Part shown: piece after piece, positions 1 through 8,513 of the stretch
Layout: every line of letters starts with the position of its first letter
How positions within the stretch are numbered: the stretch's first letter is position 1
Assembly: GCA_030167145.1 (NCBI GenBank)
Contig: CP126532.1
Span: 90,001-122,000 of the forward strand
DNA: 32,000 nucleotides
Origin: Ktedonobacterales bacterium
GTDB taxonomy: Bacteria; Chloroflexota; Ktedonobacteria; Ktedonobacterales; JADMIN01
Direction of reading: 5' to 3'
Translations under genes and position numbers: made by a program
Notes under the pieces: model-generated
Seen by the model: the letters and a program-made list of their open reading frames with translations, nothing else
Told to the model about the DNA's origin: nothing
The model's database searches: none

Positions 1-2
1 TA

Positions 3-1187
3 TTGGGGAGCCTCAGTAAGTTCGATGGCGTACAGATGCGTCTGCTGACACCGAACGAGTACCAGCAACTCACGGGACGCGCAGGCCGCCGGGGCATGGA
101 CGCAAAGGGCGCGGCAGTGCTGCTATATTCACCGTGGGATGCCTTCGAGCCAGCGTTTGCGATGTTAACAGGGACATTGCTACCAGTGTCCAGCGCCTTC
201 ACGATCCGCTACAACAGCATCCTCAATCTCTGGCGCCCAGGTGATTTGGATCGGCTGCAGCTCGCAGTTGCGGCGAGTCTGAAGGAGTTTCAGCGCCGTG
301 GCGGATCGGGGCAACGCCGTAGCGAGGTCACATATGACATCGCGCGGGTACGTAGCAGCAAACAAGAGCGCGAGCGTCAGCCGGCCAAAGGATACCGATT
401 GAGTCGCGCTGCACAAGCAGAATTGAACGGAACAATCACGACATTGCGGCGGTTAGCCTTCATTGGCCGTAACGACGAGTTGACCGTAAAGGGGAGGCTG
501 TTGCGTTCCATTTTCCACCCAGCAGGGATCGTGCTCGCCGATCTCCTGGCACATGGCGCCTTGGAGAATCTGAATCCAGCGGAACTAGCTGAAGTGATAA
601 GCTGGTTTACCTTTGATGATGATCGTCCTCTGCGGAACCGCGAAGCCGAGTCACAGCGCATGCTCGAAGTCCGACGCGAAATCTATGCTGCATTCAGACG
701 TGTGTTGGAGGTCGAATATGAGGAAGGTTTGGCGTTGACGCCAATGATTGTGGATGACTTCCATGGCGTGGCGCTCAACTGGCATCGTGGATTTTCGCTG
801 GGCGGACTGCTCCGGCGCATTGATCTGGCCGAGGGCGATCTGCTGGTTGCGCTGAACCAGACGATTGATCTTCTGCAGCAACTTCAGTCCGCAGTGGGAC
901 AGACATTAGATGCGCGTGACCTCTGGGTGGATGCAGGCAAGGAAACACGTTACGGACGCTACCTGGACGAAGTTCGGCGGCGCTTGATGCGATTACGTCC
1001 AGTCTTCGATACCGCCTGGCGTGGGATGCTACGCGGCAGCGTGGCACAGAGTCGCGCGATTCCCTCGATGGCGACGCCGAATCTGGATGTATTGCCCGCT
1101 ATCGCAATGGCTGAGGATGAAGACCCAGCGGAGGCGCGGGCCGACCGAGTAGAGATGGACACAGCGGAAAGAGAAGCGCAGGCTTAA
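3..1187 (+). CDS. helY: Ski2/HelY-like DEAD/DEAH-box RNA helicase, C-terminal part (5' end lies outside the window)
   Basis: The ORF is open to the window edge. It carries helicase motif VI 'QLTGRAGRRGMD'. This is followed by a DSHCT-like C-terminal domain ('LNPAELAEVISWFTFDDD...FHGVALNWHRGFSLGGLL...EGDLLVALNQTIDLLQQL'). The acidic tail is consistent with this family. Confidence 0.85.
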   Translation: MGSLSKFDGVQMRLLTPNEYQQLTGRAGRRGMDAKGAAVLLYSPWDAFEPAFAMLTGTLLPVSSAFTIRYNSILNLWRPGDLDRLQLAVAASLKEFQRRGGSGQRRSEVTYDIARVRSSKQERERQPAKGYRLSRAAQAELNGTITTLRRLAFIGRNDELTVKGRLLRSIFHPAGIVLADLLAHGALENLNPAELAEVISWFTFDDDRPLRNREAESQRMLEVRREIYAAFRRVLEVEYEEGLALTPMIVDDFHGVALNWHRGFSLGGLLRRIDLAEGDLLVALNQTIDLLQQLQSAVGQTLDARDLWVDAGKETRYGRYLDEVRRRLMRLRPVFDTAWRGMLRGSVAQSRAIPSMATPNLDVLPAIAMAEDEDPAEARADRVEMDTAEREAQA

Positions 1188-3637
1188 TCCTCCACAACCG
1201 CTTCTGCGGGGACTTCAGTTCTTTGTGCCACACTGGATGACATGTGCTCATCTTTGTAAATTGAAAGTACGTCGCTTCGCCGCAGCAATCCAATCGGTGG
1301 TGTGGGTGGTTTCGCAGCAACAACGGGTAATTGGCGCAGCCCATACCGACTCAGTTTGCGCGCTGCAGCGGCAAGGGTGTCACTGGGCGCAATAGTGATG
1401 AGATTACGTATGGCTATCTTGCCAACAGTTAACTCTTCATCTATGGATTGCCCACGCAGATCTGCCCGCGTGATGATGCCTGTGAGCAGCCCATGCGCGT
1501 CTACGACGAGGAGCGCCGCGCCTCGTTCGTCTAGTAAAGCACGCGCATGGGCCAATGAATCGCTCTCCCGGACCGTGCGAGGTGTCGTGAGCATAACGTC
1601 TGCCACACGCGCGGATTCGATTTCTTTCCCGTCACTGCCCCCCATTCCATCGGGAGCGATTTGTCCCCCAGTGGAGTTCAGCGTATCTGAGTGCTGACTG
1701 ATCAAGCGAGAGACTGCATCGAGGGTGAGAATGCCTGTGAAGCGTGATGGCGATTGACGCGAGACGACGATAAGCTGGCGCACATGTTTGCGGGACATAC
1801 GCGACCATGCCGCGTACAGTGGCTCGTCATCAAAGGCGCGGGGCACACGGCGCGACATGATCTGGCGAGCGTTGGTGGTTGGCATCTCTTTTGGCGTGAC
1901 GTGTGCTAACGCAGATGCCGTTACGATACCTGTGAGGTGTCCCTGGCTGTTGATAAGCGGGATAGCAGCAAGGTGATGGTCGCTAAGGATCTGCCGTACT
2001 TGGTCAAGCGGCGTCTCAGGAGCAGCGGCAATTTGCGAGGTCGAGCGCCACGGCTCAGTGGCATCACGTACTACAAGCCGTTGCAGCAGTGGCAAGATAT
2101 AGTCATCCCGATGCGCTGGAGAATCCAGGCGTGTAGGTACCTGGTTCTCGTAAATACTCGTTTCGCCAGTAACCAGATACGCGACCATAGTAGCGAGCAT
2201 TGCCGGCGGTAATAGGGAGAATTCTCCGGTCATCTCAACAACCATTAAGATGACCGCCAGCGGCGCTTTGGCAATGCCTCCGAAGAACGCCCCCATGCCA
2301 ACCACGACGAACGCGCCCGGATTGGTGCCTGCGACAAGTTCGGGCGCAATCATATGCAGCGCCGCCCAGAGCGCGCCGCCGAGAAACCCACCAATAACCA
2401 TACCGGGGCCAAAGACGCCACCGCTGCCACCGCTGCCAATTGTTAATGAAGTGGTGAGAATTTTGACGAAGACCAGAACAGCCATGAACCATGCCGCGAG
2501 ATGAAGATAGTCGCCATTGATACCGAACTGGACATAGCCATACCCCATACCGAGTGCTTCTGGGATGAACAGACCAATCAAGCCCACAAGTAGTCCGCCA
2601 ATGGCGGGCTTGATATAGTTCGGCACACGAATGCGCTTGAATAGATCGCGAATGCCATAGAGTGATTTGGGGTAGAGCAGTCCAACCAGTCCCGCACTAA
2701 CGCCCAAGATGAGATATCCACCTAAGCTGCTGGGTTGTGTGAAATGAAATTGGCCACCTGTACCAAAAATCGGCGTCCAGCCAGCCCAGATTCCGTAAAC
2801 GGTGAAGCCAACAACCGAGGCGACGAATGATGGAAAGAGAGCATCTGCCTCGAAATCGCGCTTGTATAGGATTTCGGCGCTTAATAGCGCACCTCCGAAT
2901 GGGGCTTTGAATATGGCGCCAATACCTGAACCAATGCCTGCTGCGACTGCAATGCGCCGGTCGTGGTCATCGAGATGCAGCAGATCGCCAAGCCAGGAGC
3001 CGAAACCAGCAGATATTTGAGCGGTTGGCCCCTCGCGGCCTGCACTGCCTCCTGAGCCAATGGTGATGGCAGACGCAACTATCTTCACAAGTGGAATACG
3101 CCCGCGAATGTAGCCACCCTTCTCATGAAATGACTCAATTGCCGCATCTGTGCCGTGTCCTTCAGCTTCGGGCGCAAATCTAAAGACGATGACTCCGGTA
3201 ATCAAACCGCCGAGTGTCGTAATAACAGGAATCAGCCAGCGACGAGCAATGGGCAAGGTGACGCCAGTTCCGGCCTCACCAGCAGGTTGTGGTGGGAAGA
3301 ATCCGGCGATGCCGCCCAGCAACAAATGCGTACAGAAAGAGATGGCGGACGCGAACACAATCGCGCCAATACCCGCGACAACACCAATGAGCGCGCCAAT
3401 AAGCAGCCAGCGCTGGAAGTATGCGCGTGTGTAGCGGCTAAAGGCATTGAGAGAGGTTTGCGTCTCGCTAAACGACGTGTCGCCACTTCGCCGTAAGTTA
3501 CTTGCCAAAGGGAGACCATCCACGAACCGGCGCATCACATTGCTTAGCAGCCTCAACAAATATCTTAGCCGCGCGAAATGATGCGGTTCGTCTGGATCGT
3601 GGGTTTGGTGACGCTGCATAGAGAGCCATTCTATCAA
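1184..3637 (-). CDS. ClC-family chloride channel / H+-Cl- exchanger with four C-terminal CBS motifs (two Bateman modules)
   Basis: 817-aa ORF with many TM helices. ClC signatures 'GSGGSAGREGP' and 'GGVFGPGMVIGG' are present. The C-terminal ~300 aa contain four CBS-like units ending in ...HLTGIVTASAL, ...FTGILTLDAV, ...LLTGIITRADL and ...PIGLLRRSDV. The start could instead be the internal Met at 3619. Confidence 0.9.
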   Translation of the reverse strand: MIEWLSMQRHQTHDPDEPHHFARLRYLLRLLSNVMRRFVDGLPLASNLRRSGDTSFSETQTSLNAFSRYTRAYFQRWLLIGALIGVVAGIGAIVFASAISFCTHLLLGGIAGFFPPQPAGEAGTGVTLPIARRWLIPVITTLGGLITGVIVFRFAPEAEGHGTDAAIESFHEKGGYIRGRIPLVKIVASAITIGSGGSAGREGPTAQISAGFGSWLGDLLHLDDHDRRIAVAAGIGSGIGAIFKAPFGGALLSAEILYKRDFEADALFPSFVASVVGFTVYGIWAGWTPIFGTGGQFHFTQPSSLGGYLILGVSAGLVGLLYPKSLYGIRDLFKRIRVPNYIKPAIGGLLVGLIGLFIPEALGMGYGYVQFGINGDYLHLAAWFMAVLVFVKILTTSLTIGSGGSGGVFGPGMVIGGFLGGALWAALHMIAPELVAGTNPGAFVVVGMGAFFGGIAKAPLAVILMVVEMTGEFSLLPPAMLATMVAYLVTGETSIYENQVPTRLDSPAHRDDYILPLLQRLVVRDATEPWRSTSQIAAAPETPLDQVRQILSDHHLAAIPLINSQGHLTGIVTASALAHVTPKEMPTTNARQIMSRRVPRAFDDEPLYAAWSRMSRKHVRQLIVVSRQSPSRFTGILTLDAVSRLISQHSDTLNSTGGQIAPDGMGGSDGKEIESARVADVMLTTPRTVRESDSLAHARALLDERGAALLVVDAHGLLTGIITRADLRGQSIDEELTVGKIAIRNLITIAPSDTLAAAARKLSRYGLRQLPVVAAKPPTPPIGLLRRSDVLSIYKDEHMSSSVAQRTEVPAEAVVED

Positions 3638-3712
3638 GTCGCTACACCTGCCGCGTGTTATGAACCGCGCGGGCGCGAAAACTCAAGCAACGAGCAGAAG
3701 CCGATTCTACAC

Positions 3713-3742
3713 ATTATATCGTCACATGACGTGATGTGACAA
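3713..3742 (-). promoter_or_regulatory. Candidate sigma-70 promoter of the ClC gene (TTGTCA-18 nt-TATAAT)
   Basis: The minus strand reads cTTGTCAcatcacgtcatgtgacgaTATAATgtg. The -10 maps to 3713-3718 and the -35 to 3737-3742, about 75 nt upstream of the ClC start codon. Confidence 0.45.
3721..3740. promoter_or_regulatory. Perfect 7-bp-arm palindrome GTCACAT-N6-ATGTGAC (candidate operator) inside the promoter spacer
   Basis: Read directly from the sequence: gtcacat gacgtg atgtgac. It overlaps the -35 and most of the spacer of the candidate ClC promoter. It lies in the divergent ClC/sodA intergenic region. Confidence 0.35.
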
Positions 3743-4050
3743 GCAAACGGGATTGCCAGTGACAGCACATGCCTTGACAGAGGCGGGGTGATTAGGACTA
3801 TCGTGGTTAGCAGACTGCCCTGAGAATGACCGTGAGACGCGCCGCTGGATGGGGGTGACCTTGCGTGGTTGTTTTCAGGGAAGCCGCCGAGAATGGGAAG
3901 CGCCCGCAGTCAAACACATATGGCCTGGGTTATGCTGACCGTTCCCCAGAATGGTTTCCTAGCCGCCCGAAGGTCGGCGCGGTGCCGCCTCGCGTTTGCC
4001 ATCGCGTGCAGGCGGATAGGTTGTCTTGGATGGTCAGGAGGAAAGTGACA

Positions 4051-4668
4051 ATGGCGTTCGAGCTTCCAGCCCTGCCGTACGACTACAACGCACTGGAGCC
4101 GTACATTGACGAAGAGACGATGCATCTGCATCACGACAAGCATCACCAGGCGTATGTGAACAATCTCAACGCGGCGGTCCAGGGAACGCAGTTCGAGAAT
4201 ATGGACGTAGAGCAGTTGGTGCGGCGCATCAATGATGTGCCAGAGAACATTCGCACGGCGGTGCGCAACAATGGTGGCGGCCATGTCAACCATACGATGT
4301 TTTGGCAGATTATGAAGCCGAATGGTGGCGGTCAGCCGGCAGGCGAACTCGCAGATGCTATTACTGCGGCGTTTGGCTCGTTCGACGCATTCAAGACGCA
4401 ATTCAACGATGCCGGCGCCAAACGGTTTGGCTCTGGTTGGGCCTGGTTGGTAATGGATGCGAGTGGCAAGCTGCAAGTGGCTTCCACTGCCAATCAGGAC
4501 AGCCCTTTCATGGATGGGATGTTCCCGATTATGGGCAATGATGTCTGGGAACATGCCTACTACCTGAAATACCAGAATCGCCGCCCCGATTATCTGAATG
4601 CCTGGTGGAATGTCGTGAACTGGGATGAGGTGGCAAGCCGCTTCCAGCGCGCAAAAACTGGCAAGTAG
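4051..4668 (+). CDS. sodA: Fe/Mn superoxide dismutase
   Basis: '[40 protein letters not shown]...' and '[19 protein letters not shown]' are textbook Fe/Mn-SOD signatures. AGGAGG at 4036-4041 precedes the ATG at 4051. The track's start at 3865 is an artefactual extension. Confidence 0.95.
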   Translation: MAFELPALPYDYNALEPYIDEETMHLHHDKHHQAYVNNLNAAVQGTQFENMDVEQLVRRINDVPENIRTAVRNNGGGHVNHTMFWQIMKPNGGGQPAGELADAITAAFGSFDAFKTQFNDAGAKRFGSGWAWLVMDASGKLQVASTANQDSPFMDGMFPIMGNDVWEHAYYLKYQNRRPDYLNAWWNVVNWDEVASRFQRAKTGK

Positions 4669-4693
4669 GAACTTGCCTTCACCTCTTCGTATA

Positions 4694-4736
4694 CACCCCC
4701 GCTCTCCGGCTAGCAAAAGCGCCAGTGGCGGGGGTG
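4694..4736 (+). terminator. GC-rich stem-loop downstream of sodA (9-bp stem CACCCCCGC/GCGGGGGTG)
   Basis: Perfect 9-bp inverted repeat with a 25-nt loop, 26 nt after the sodA stop. No U-tract follows, so terminator function is uncertain. Confidence 0.35.
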
Positions 4737-4767
4737 AGTCGCATATGGCTGCCAAGGAGATGTATCA

Positions 4768-5664
4768 ATGGAGCTACTGCGCACACCCGACGAACGATTC
4801 GCGAATTTGCCTGATTATCCCTTTGCTCCGCACTACCTCGACGTAGATGGAGTACGGCTGCATTACGTAGCCGAAGGACCGGGTGCCGCATCGCCTGTAT
4901 TGCTGCTCCATGGCGAGCCTTCTTGGTCATTTCTTTACCGCAAGATGATTCCGATACTTGCTGGTCGTGGACAGCGGGTGATTGCTCCTGATTTAGTGGG
5001 TTTCGGCCGCTCTGATAAACCTACAGCCCGTGAAGACTACACCTATCAACGCCATGTTGACTGGATACGAGGACTGATAATTGGATTAGATTTGCGGCAT
5101 ATCACGCTAGTATGCCAGGACTGGGGCGGGCTAATCGGCTTGCGGCTAGCCGCCGAGCACGAGGATCGTTTTGATCGCATTGTAGCGGCCAATACCTTTT
5201 TGCCAACAGGCGATGCGCCACTGGGTGCGGCGTTTCGCCGCTGGCAGCGCTTTTCGCAGGACACGCCGATTTTTGATGTAGGCAAGATCATTACAGGCGG
5301 TTGCGAAAGCGAATTGAAGTCTGAGATCGTTGCCGCCTACACTGCGCCGTTCCCCCATGACACCTACCTTGTAGGAGCGCGACAGTTCCCACTGCTTGTG
5401 CCAACGACTCCCGATGACCCCGCTGCTGAGCCGAATCGGCGCGCGTGGGACGTGCTGCGCCGCTGGCAAAAGCCGTTCCTCACGGCTTTCAGTGACAAGG
5501 ATCTCATCACCCGTGGCGCAGATCGAGTACTTCAGCAAGAAATCCCTGGCGCACAGGGTCAGCCGCATACAACCATCACCAATGCAGGTCACTTCTTACA
5601 AGAGGATAAAGGGCAGGAGCTGGCGGCCGTAGTACTAGACTTCATCGCACGAACGAGCATGTAG
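4768..5664 (+). CDS. Haloalkane dehalogenase (alpha/beta-hydrolase, HLD-I, DhlA/DhmA-like)
   Basis: Collinear with Xanthobacter DhlA as I recall it. Matching segments are 'RTPDERFANLPDYPF', 'LLLHGEPSWSFLYRKMIP', the nucleophile elbow 'CQDWGG', the cap Trp in 'FRRWQRF', 'SDKDLI' and the catalytic His in 'NAGHFLQED'. AAGGAG RBS at 4753-4758. Confidence 0.88.
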   Translation: MELLRTPDERFANLPDYPFAPHYLDVDGVRLHYVAEGPGAASPVLLLHGEPSWSFLYRKMIPILAGRGQRVIAPDLVGFGRSDKPTAREDYTYQRHVDWIRGLIIGLDLRHITLVCQDWGGLIGLRLAAEHEDRFDRIVAANTFLPTGDAPLGAAFRRWQRFSQDTPIFDVGKIITGGCESELKSEIVAAYTAPFPHDTYLVGARQFPLLVPTTPDDPAAEPNRRAWDVLRRWQKPFLTAFSDKDLITRGADRVLQQEIPGAQGQPHTTITNAGHFLQEDKGQELAAVVLDFIARTSM

Positions 5665-5666
5665 TG

Positions 5667-5690
5667 CAGGGTTTGGCGCACGCAACCCTG
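5667..5690 (+). terminator. Stem-loop immediately after the dehalogenase stop (CAGGGTT-N10-AACCCTG)
   Basis: Perfect 7-bp inverted repeat starting 3 nt after the stop codon. There is no clear U-tract. Confidence 0.35.
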
Positions 5691-5766
5691 TCACAGTGTG
5701 TGCCGTATAGCCAGGTGATGCCATCTCAGCGGTATGAGGCTGGCACATGCAAAGAGAGGGAGTGCG

Positions 5767-6084
5767 ATGCATGTAGGACAATTAGCGCTTGAACCGGGTG
5801 GCTGCTTCTCATGGGCGTTCGCTGGGCTACTGGCGGGCTGGCTTGCCGGTCTGATCGTGCGCGGACGCGGCTACGGCTGTGTAGGAGACATACTGCTTGG
5901 CCTCGTCGGCGCATTTGTGGGACTGCTGATCATCAGCTTCCTACCGGCCTCTCTTGTCGGGCAGTTTCAGAATGGCATACTTGGCTTCTGGGGAACATTG
6001 CTGGTGGCCTTTATTGGCGCGTTCATTCTTGCCGCCCTTGGACGATTGATTAGTAGTCCAAGCCGCAGGCAGCGCCAACAATAG
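5767..6084 (+). CDS. GlsB/YeaQ/YmgE family (transglycosylase-associated) small membrane stress protein
   Basis: 'GWLAGLIVRGRGYGCVGDILLGLVGAFVGLL' is the typical family core and three TM helices are present. I prefer the ATG at 5767, preceded by a purine-rich stretch, over the track start at 5734. Confidence 0.8.
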   Translation: MHVGQLALEPGGCFSWAFAGLLAGWLAGLIVRGRGYGCVGDILLGLVGAFVGLLIISFLPASLVGQFQNGILGFWGTLLVAFIGAFILAALGRLISSPSRRQRQQ

Positions 6085-6120
6085 GAAACAGGGCGCTGCC
6101 TGCCGCGCGGTGCTATGCTT

Positions 6121-6954
6121 TTACTCTTGTGAGCTAGGCGCGCTGGCATGTGCTGCGTCTATGTTATCTGTTGATGTGGGGGGTGTCGTGGTTGTAGGAG
6201 GTGCGGTAGGCGCTGTGGCCAGAATGCGCCCTGTTGCGGGCAAGCGAACCAACACAATGCCAGCAAGCAGCAACCAGAGCGCCAACGATGCGAAGCTGAG
6301 CGCTGAAGTGGACGCCTCGATCTGCGCCGGTTGAGCCAAAAACTGTACCGCAGTGAGGAGTAGCAGCACTCCCGTTACCATGCCCAAGAAAGTGAGTAAC
6401 AGAGGCAATTGGTTGGTCCGCAGATTCCTGATGCAGAAAAGCGCCAGGAAGAGCACGAGCAGCATCCCGCCCCCGACATGGGAAACGACGTTCTGCGCGC
6501 CAAAGGCGCTGGCAAAGCTATCAGCCGCTGCCTGCTGCTGAGCCGCCGTTGTGGCGCTGGCAAAACTAGATGCAGCAGACTTACTGCTGATAATGCCCAT
6601 AATGATCGCCAGCAGATACAAGGCAAAACCAAATTGCCCAGCAATCGCCATCACTCGCCCATTGATCGAGGACTCTGATCCCAAGATGCGGCGCAGCGTA
6701 CCAGGCAAGGTAACAGCGAGGAGAAACGGTAGTGCCTCGAACAGGCGAAATGCCCCATCAATGCCGGAATGTGCGGCTAGCCATGCGACGAGCGGGCGAA
6801 AGTCACCATGCTGTGCTGTTTGCTGTACTGTGGTGAGATACCCTGCTGATGCGAGCGTCACACTCTCGACCAACGGCACACCAAGCAACAGAATGGCTCC
6901 TGCCGCTATTGCATATCCTCCGCGTAAGCGTATCCTCGCATGTTCCATTCGCAT
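6121..6954 (-). CDS. Hypothetical polytopic membrane protein with Thr/Pro-rich C-terminal tail
   Basis: About 6 hydrophobic helices and a tail 'APTAPPTTTTPPTSTD'. On the minus strand a GGAGG lies 9 nt upstream of the ATG at 6954 ('MRMEHARIRL'). The longer track ORF (to 7071) lacks any RBS. I recognised no family. Confidence 0.55.
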   Translation of the reverse strand: MRMEHARIRLRGGYAIAAGAILLLGVPLVESVTLASAGYLTTVQQTAQHGDFRPLVAWLAAHSGIDGAFRLFEALPFLLAVTLPGTLRRILGSESSINGRVMAIAGQFGFALYLLAIIMGIISSKSAASSFASATTAAQQQAAADSFASAFGAQNVVSHVGGGMLLVLFLALFCIRNLRTNQLPLLLTFLGMVTGVLLLLTAVQFLAQPAQIEASTSALSFASLALWLLLAGIVLVRLPATGRILATAPTAPPTTTTPPTSTDNIDAAHASAPSSQE

Positions 6955-7243
6955 TCGGCTATACCTCCGACCAGCAGTAGTTTCGCTTTCGAGTCTACCA
7001 TTGCTGGCCTTGTCCTGGCAATGTGCCACGCCCCGCGCCTTGTCGCCAGGCACGCAAAATTGTGACGCCACGCGACATCAAGGATCAATATATTGTGATT
7101 GCCGAACACTCGGCCGCGATACAACCACACTGCCGTCGCCCGATAGTGAGAAATCGCGTTTGTCGTGATATAGATGAAGCAGGTTTTGATAGAGCGGCGC
7201 GATAGAAAGATCATGTGCATGAAAATTCACGAAAGGGCACCGT

Positions 7244-8440
7244 ATGCCTGATTCTGGCGCTGCATCCCAAATTACGGAGATAACCCCTGATGTTGGGCAT
7301 CTGCCAGAGGTGACCAAGCTATTTCTCCGGCTCGGCTTCACCTCACTTGGCGGGCCAGCGGCGCACATCGCCATGATGCGCCAGGAAGTAGTCGTGCGGC
7401 GCAAGTGGATCAGCGACCAGCGGTTCGTAGACCTCATGGGCATGGCTAACTTGATACCAGGGCCAACCTCGACCGAGCTAGCTATCTATCTGGGGTATCT
7501 GCGCGCGGGCTGGCCAGGCCTCATCGTGGGCGGCATCTGCTTCATCGGCCCAGCGATGCTGATCGTGCTCGCCTTCGCCTGGGCCTATGTGCGCTTCGGC
7601 TCTACTCCGCAGGTGAACTGGCTACTGTATGGGATTCAACCGGTCGTCATCGCGATCATCGCACAGGCATTGTTTGGCCTGGGCAAGACAGTCCTACGTG
7701 GACCATTTGCCGTTGTCGTCGCAGCAGTTGCGGTCGTGCTCTACCTGCTGGGAGTCCCGCCATTACTCGTGCTCTTCGGTCTGGGCGCAGTGTTCGGCAT
7801 CGTAAAGATGCTCGCAGCCCATCAGCGCTCACACGCCACTGGCGGGGGGCTTCTCGCGGCGCCCTTCGCCACGACGGTAGCGGCGAGTGCGGCAAGCGCG
7901 GCGGTTCCATTCAGCCAGGTGGCGCTATTCCTCACCTTCCTCAAAATCGGTGCGGTATTGTATGGCAGCGGCTACGTACTCCTGGCTTTTCTGCAAAACG
8001 ACCTCGTGCGCCAACTTGGCTGGCTGACCGAAAAACAACTGCTCGATGCGATCTCCGTGGGACAATTCACCCCTGGTCCGGTGTTCACCACCGCTACCTT
8101 CATTGGCTACGTCGTCGGAGGCTGGCTGGGCGCGCTGTTGGCGACCATAGCGATCTTCCTACCTTCGTTTGTTTTCGTTGCCATCATACACCAACTCGCT
8201 GGTCCGTTGCGGCGTACCCCCTGGACGCGCGCGATTCTCGATGGCGTCAACATCTCAGCACTCGCGCTGATGGCAGGCGTGACACTGCAGCTTGGCCGCT
8301 ACGCTCTCGTAGATCCGCTTACGGTAGCGTTGGCGGTTATCTCATTCGCCATTTTGGTGCGCTATAAGCCGAACTCTGCATGGCTTTTGCTCGGCGGCGG
8401 AGCAGTAGGCATGCTCGTCAACCTCTTGGCAGGGGCATAA
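7244..8440 (+). CDS. chrA: Chromate ion transporter (CHR family, long two-domain form)
   Basis: 'LGFTSLGGPAAHIAMMRQEVVVRRKWISDQRFVDLMGMANLIPGPTSTELAIYLGY' in the first half. A second CHR repeat follows ('LKIGAVLYGSGYVLLAFL...QFTPGPVFTTATFIGY'). Confidence 0.9.
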   Translation: MPDSGAASQITEITPDVGHLPEVTKLFLRLGFTSLGGPAAHIAMMRQEVVVRRKWISDQRFVDLMGMANLIPGPTSTELAIYLGYLRAGWPGLIVGGICFIGPAMLIVLAFAWAYVRFGSTPQVNWLLYGIQPVVIAIIAQALFGLGKTVLRGPFAVVVAAVAVVLYLLGVPPLLVLFGLGAVFGIVKMLAAHQRSHATGGGLLAAPFATTVAASAASAAVPFSQVALFLTFLKIGAVLYGSGYVLLAFLQNDLVRQLGWLTEKQLLDAISVGQFTPGPVFTTATFIGYVVGGWLGALLATIAIFLPSFVFVAIIHQLAGPLRRTPWTRAILDGVNISALALMAGVTLQLGRYALVDPLTVALAVISFAILVRYKPNSAWLLLGGGAVGMLVNLLAGA

Positions 8441-8513
8441 TGTTGTGGTACAACACCGCGAGAATAGCGTTCTGTAGCTATCTCAGCAGTACCTCGCCAG
8501 GAGGATTCGGCCC

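Noticed and set aside
3638-3712. Possible fluoride (crcB-motif) riboswitch in the ClC gene leader.
   Set aside because: The ~75-nt leader read on the minus strand shows only a simple CCGCG...CGCGG hairpin. None of the conserved crcB-motif blocks that I recall is present. The protein also looks like a canonical Cl- type with GREGP rather than the ClC-F subclass.
3865-4050. N-terminal extensions in the ORF track. These are sodA from 3865, the TolB-like gene to 22317, uraD from 21994, uricase from 22577, allantoinase from 25169, the membrane protein to 7071, punA from 30011, and the small membrane protein to 20379.
   Set aside because: In each case the homologous or functional N-terminus begins at an internal ATG preceded by a good Shine-Dalgarno sequence. 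The extension has no family similarity, has Arg/Cys/Pro-rich composition, or overlaps a neighbouring gene.
3910-4755. Long antisense or out-of-frame ORFs. Examples are 3910-4755(-) 281 aa opposite sodA, 6551-7168(+), 10934-11710(+) 258 aa, 25237-25836(-), 26723-27481(+) 252 aa, 28176-28694(-), 30013-30543(+) and 25115-25591(-).
   Set aside because: They fully overlap genes with strong family signatures. They have Arg/Ser/Cys/Pro-rich compositions typical of wrong-frame translation of GC-rich DNA. They lack RBSs. I therefore treat them as stop-codon-poor artefacts, not overlapping genes.
5739-5756. Sigma-54-type promoter TGGCACATGCAAAG upstream of the GlsB-family gene. Other TGGCAC/GTGCCA occurrences are at about 550, 1051, 10072, 22682 and 24999.
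   Set aside because: None has the required GG-N10-GC spacing (TGGCAC-N5-TTGC). Most lie inside coding sequence.
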